DNA from: Vicugna vicugna
Lineage: Eukaryota
Direction of reading: 5' to 3'
Assembly (NCBI GenBank): GCA_013265495.1
Contig: MU058233.1
Span: 35,038-99,037, forward strand
Length of the DNA stretch: 64,000 nt
In this document: positions 62,615 through 64,000 of the stretch, one piece after another
How positions within the stretch are numbered: position 1 is the first letter of the stretch
Layout of the letters: the number at the start of each line of letters is the position of its first letter
Notes under the pieces: generated by a model
Told to the model about the DNA's origin: nothing
The model's input: the letters and a program-made list of their open reading frames with translations, nothing else
Database searches by the model: none
Position numbers and translations under genes: made by a program

Positions 62615-63299
62615 NNNNNNNNNNNNNNNNNNNNNNNNNNNNNNNNNNNNNNNNNNNNNNNNNNNNNNNNNNNNNNNNNNNNNNNNNNNNNNNNNNNNNN
62701 NNNNNNNNNNNNNNNNNNNNNNNNNNNNNNNNNNNNNNNNNNNNNNNNNNNNNNNNNNNNNNNNNNNNNNNNNNNNNNNNNNNNNNNNNNNNNNNNNNNN
62801 NNNNNNNNNNNNNNNNNNNNNNNNNNNNNNNNNNNNNNNNNNNNNNNNNNNNNNNNNNNNNNNNNNNNNNNNNNNNNNNNNNNNNNNNNNNNNNNNNNNN
62901 NNNNNNNNNNNNNNNNNNNNNNNNNNNNNNNNNNNNNNNNNNNNNNNNNNNNNNNNNNNNNNNNNNNNNNNNNNNNNNNNNNNNNNNNNNNNNNNNNNNN
63001 NNNNNNNNNNNNNNNNNNNNNNNNNNNNNNNNNNNNNNNNNNNNNNNNNNNNNNNNNNNNNNNNNNNNNNNNNNNNNNNNNNNNNNNNNNNNNNNNNNNN
63101 NNNNNNNNNNNNNNNNNNNNNNNNNNNNNNNNNNNNNNNNNNNNNNNNNNNNNNNNNNNNNNNNNNNNNNNNNNNNNNNNNNNNNNNNNNNNNNNNNNNN
63201 NNNNNNNNNNNNNNNNNNNNNNNNNNNNNNNNNNNNNNNNNNNNNNNNNNNNNNNNNNNNNNNNNNNNNNNNNNNNNNNNNNNNNNNNNNNNNNNNNNN
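62615..63299. other. Assembly gap (685 N)
   Basis: Run of N characters; it lies where the MMP17 promoter, 5'UTR and start codon are expected. Confidence 1.
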
Positions 63300-63830
63300 G
63301 CTGCCGCTGCCGCTGCTGCTGCTCGCGCTGGCCGCCCGTGGGGGCCGCGCGGCGCCCGCGCCCCGGGCCGAGGACCTCAGCCTGGGAGTGGTGAGTGCGC
63401 GGCCGGGATGCGAGGCTTCCGCGGGCCGGGGAGACCCCATCAGGGCGCTTCGGCGCCTGCGGGAACCCGGACGCCCTGGACCCATTTCCTGGGCAGGAAA
63501 GCTGAGGCTGGGGTGCAGGCTGTATCTGACGCGCGCGCACCAGAGTCTGGGAAAGAGGCGCCGGGTCCCTTCCCGGCGCCGTGTGCTGAGAGCCCGCCGC
63601 AGCCGCGGGAGCCCGCGGAGGTTGGGGGTTCACCTGGCCGGAGCCCCGGCTCCGGCTTGGAGCAGCCCCAAAACGGACCCCGAGGCGGACGGGACGGCGG
63701 CCGTAGCCGCCCGGAACAGTGCTTCCCGCGTGCGTTCCCAGTGGGAGTGGCGAGGGACGGGAGAGGGTGCGCACCCACAACCGAGGAAAGGCCGGGGCTG
63801 CGGAGTGTGGGCGCCCCGTAAGCGGTGGTT
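63300..63830. promoter_or_regulatory. MMP17: CpG island over MMP17 exon 1 and the start of intron 1
   Basis: Very GC-rich with dense CpG, contrasting with the CpG-poor 59500-62600 segment upstream. Confidence 0.85.
63301..63390 (+). CDS. MMP17: 3' part of MMP17 (MT4-MMP) exon 1, signal peptide and start of prodomain; 5' end lost in the gap
   Basis: Translates LPLPLLLLALAARGGRAAPAPRAEDLSLGV followed by the strong donor GTG|gtgagt. This matches the MMP17 N-terminus (...APRAEDLSLGVEWL...) and the known SFSWAP-MMP17 gene order. Confidence 0.92.
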
Positions 63831-64000
63831 TCGAGTTTGCTCCGTTGAGGGTGTTGAGGGCAAGGGAGCCAGCCTCCCAGTTCGCATTAGGCATGAATCT
63901 TGGCCCTGTTCCGTGACCCCTTCCACTGCCAGGGTGGCCAGCCTTGCCTCCCTTTGACCCTGTCCTGAGCCTGATGGGGTCCCCCCGCCGTTCCCAGGCT

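Noticed and set aside
62442..63894. Long ORFs of 261-456 aa spanning 62442-63894
   Set aside because: Artefacts of translating through the N gap; only the 63301-63390 frame is real (MMP17).

Overview
This is mammalian genomic DNA, not a prokaryotic window. Six copies of a tRNA-Ala-derived SINE resembling the camelid Vic-1 family suggest a camel, llama or alpaca source. Most of the window is the + strand gene SFSWAP (splicing factor SWAP/SFRS8). I traced 14 coding exons by hand from 3888 to the stop at 56990; all are GT-AG and phase-consistent, totalling 2220 nt (739 aa plus stop). They probably correspond to human exons 5-18 and encode two SURP motifs and the C-terminal RS domain, followed by a short 3'UTR with AATAAA at 57239. 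After a 685-N assembly gap comes the end of MMP17 exon 1 (signal peptide) in a CpG island. The rest is intron and intergenic DNA with SINEs, old L1/L2/MIR, MaLR and ERV LTRs, Tigger1- and MER3-type DNA transposons, and microsatellites. Almost all ORFs in the supplied track are chance frames in GC-rich DNA. I found no convincing novel protein-coding system. The best leads concern regulated splicing: clusters of strong intronic 3' splice sites that mostly lead to premature stops (possible poison or decoy exons), a candidate alternative last exon that would remove the RS domain, modular phase-2 RS exons, and signs of AT-to-GC drift reaching the protein. These leads are inferences from motifs and need conservation and RNA-seq checks. 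Comparisons to human proteins and repeat consensuses are from memory.
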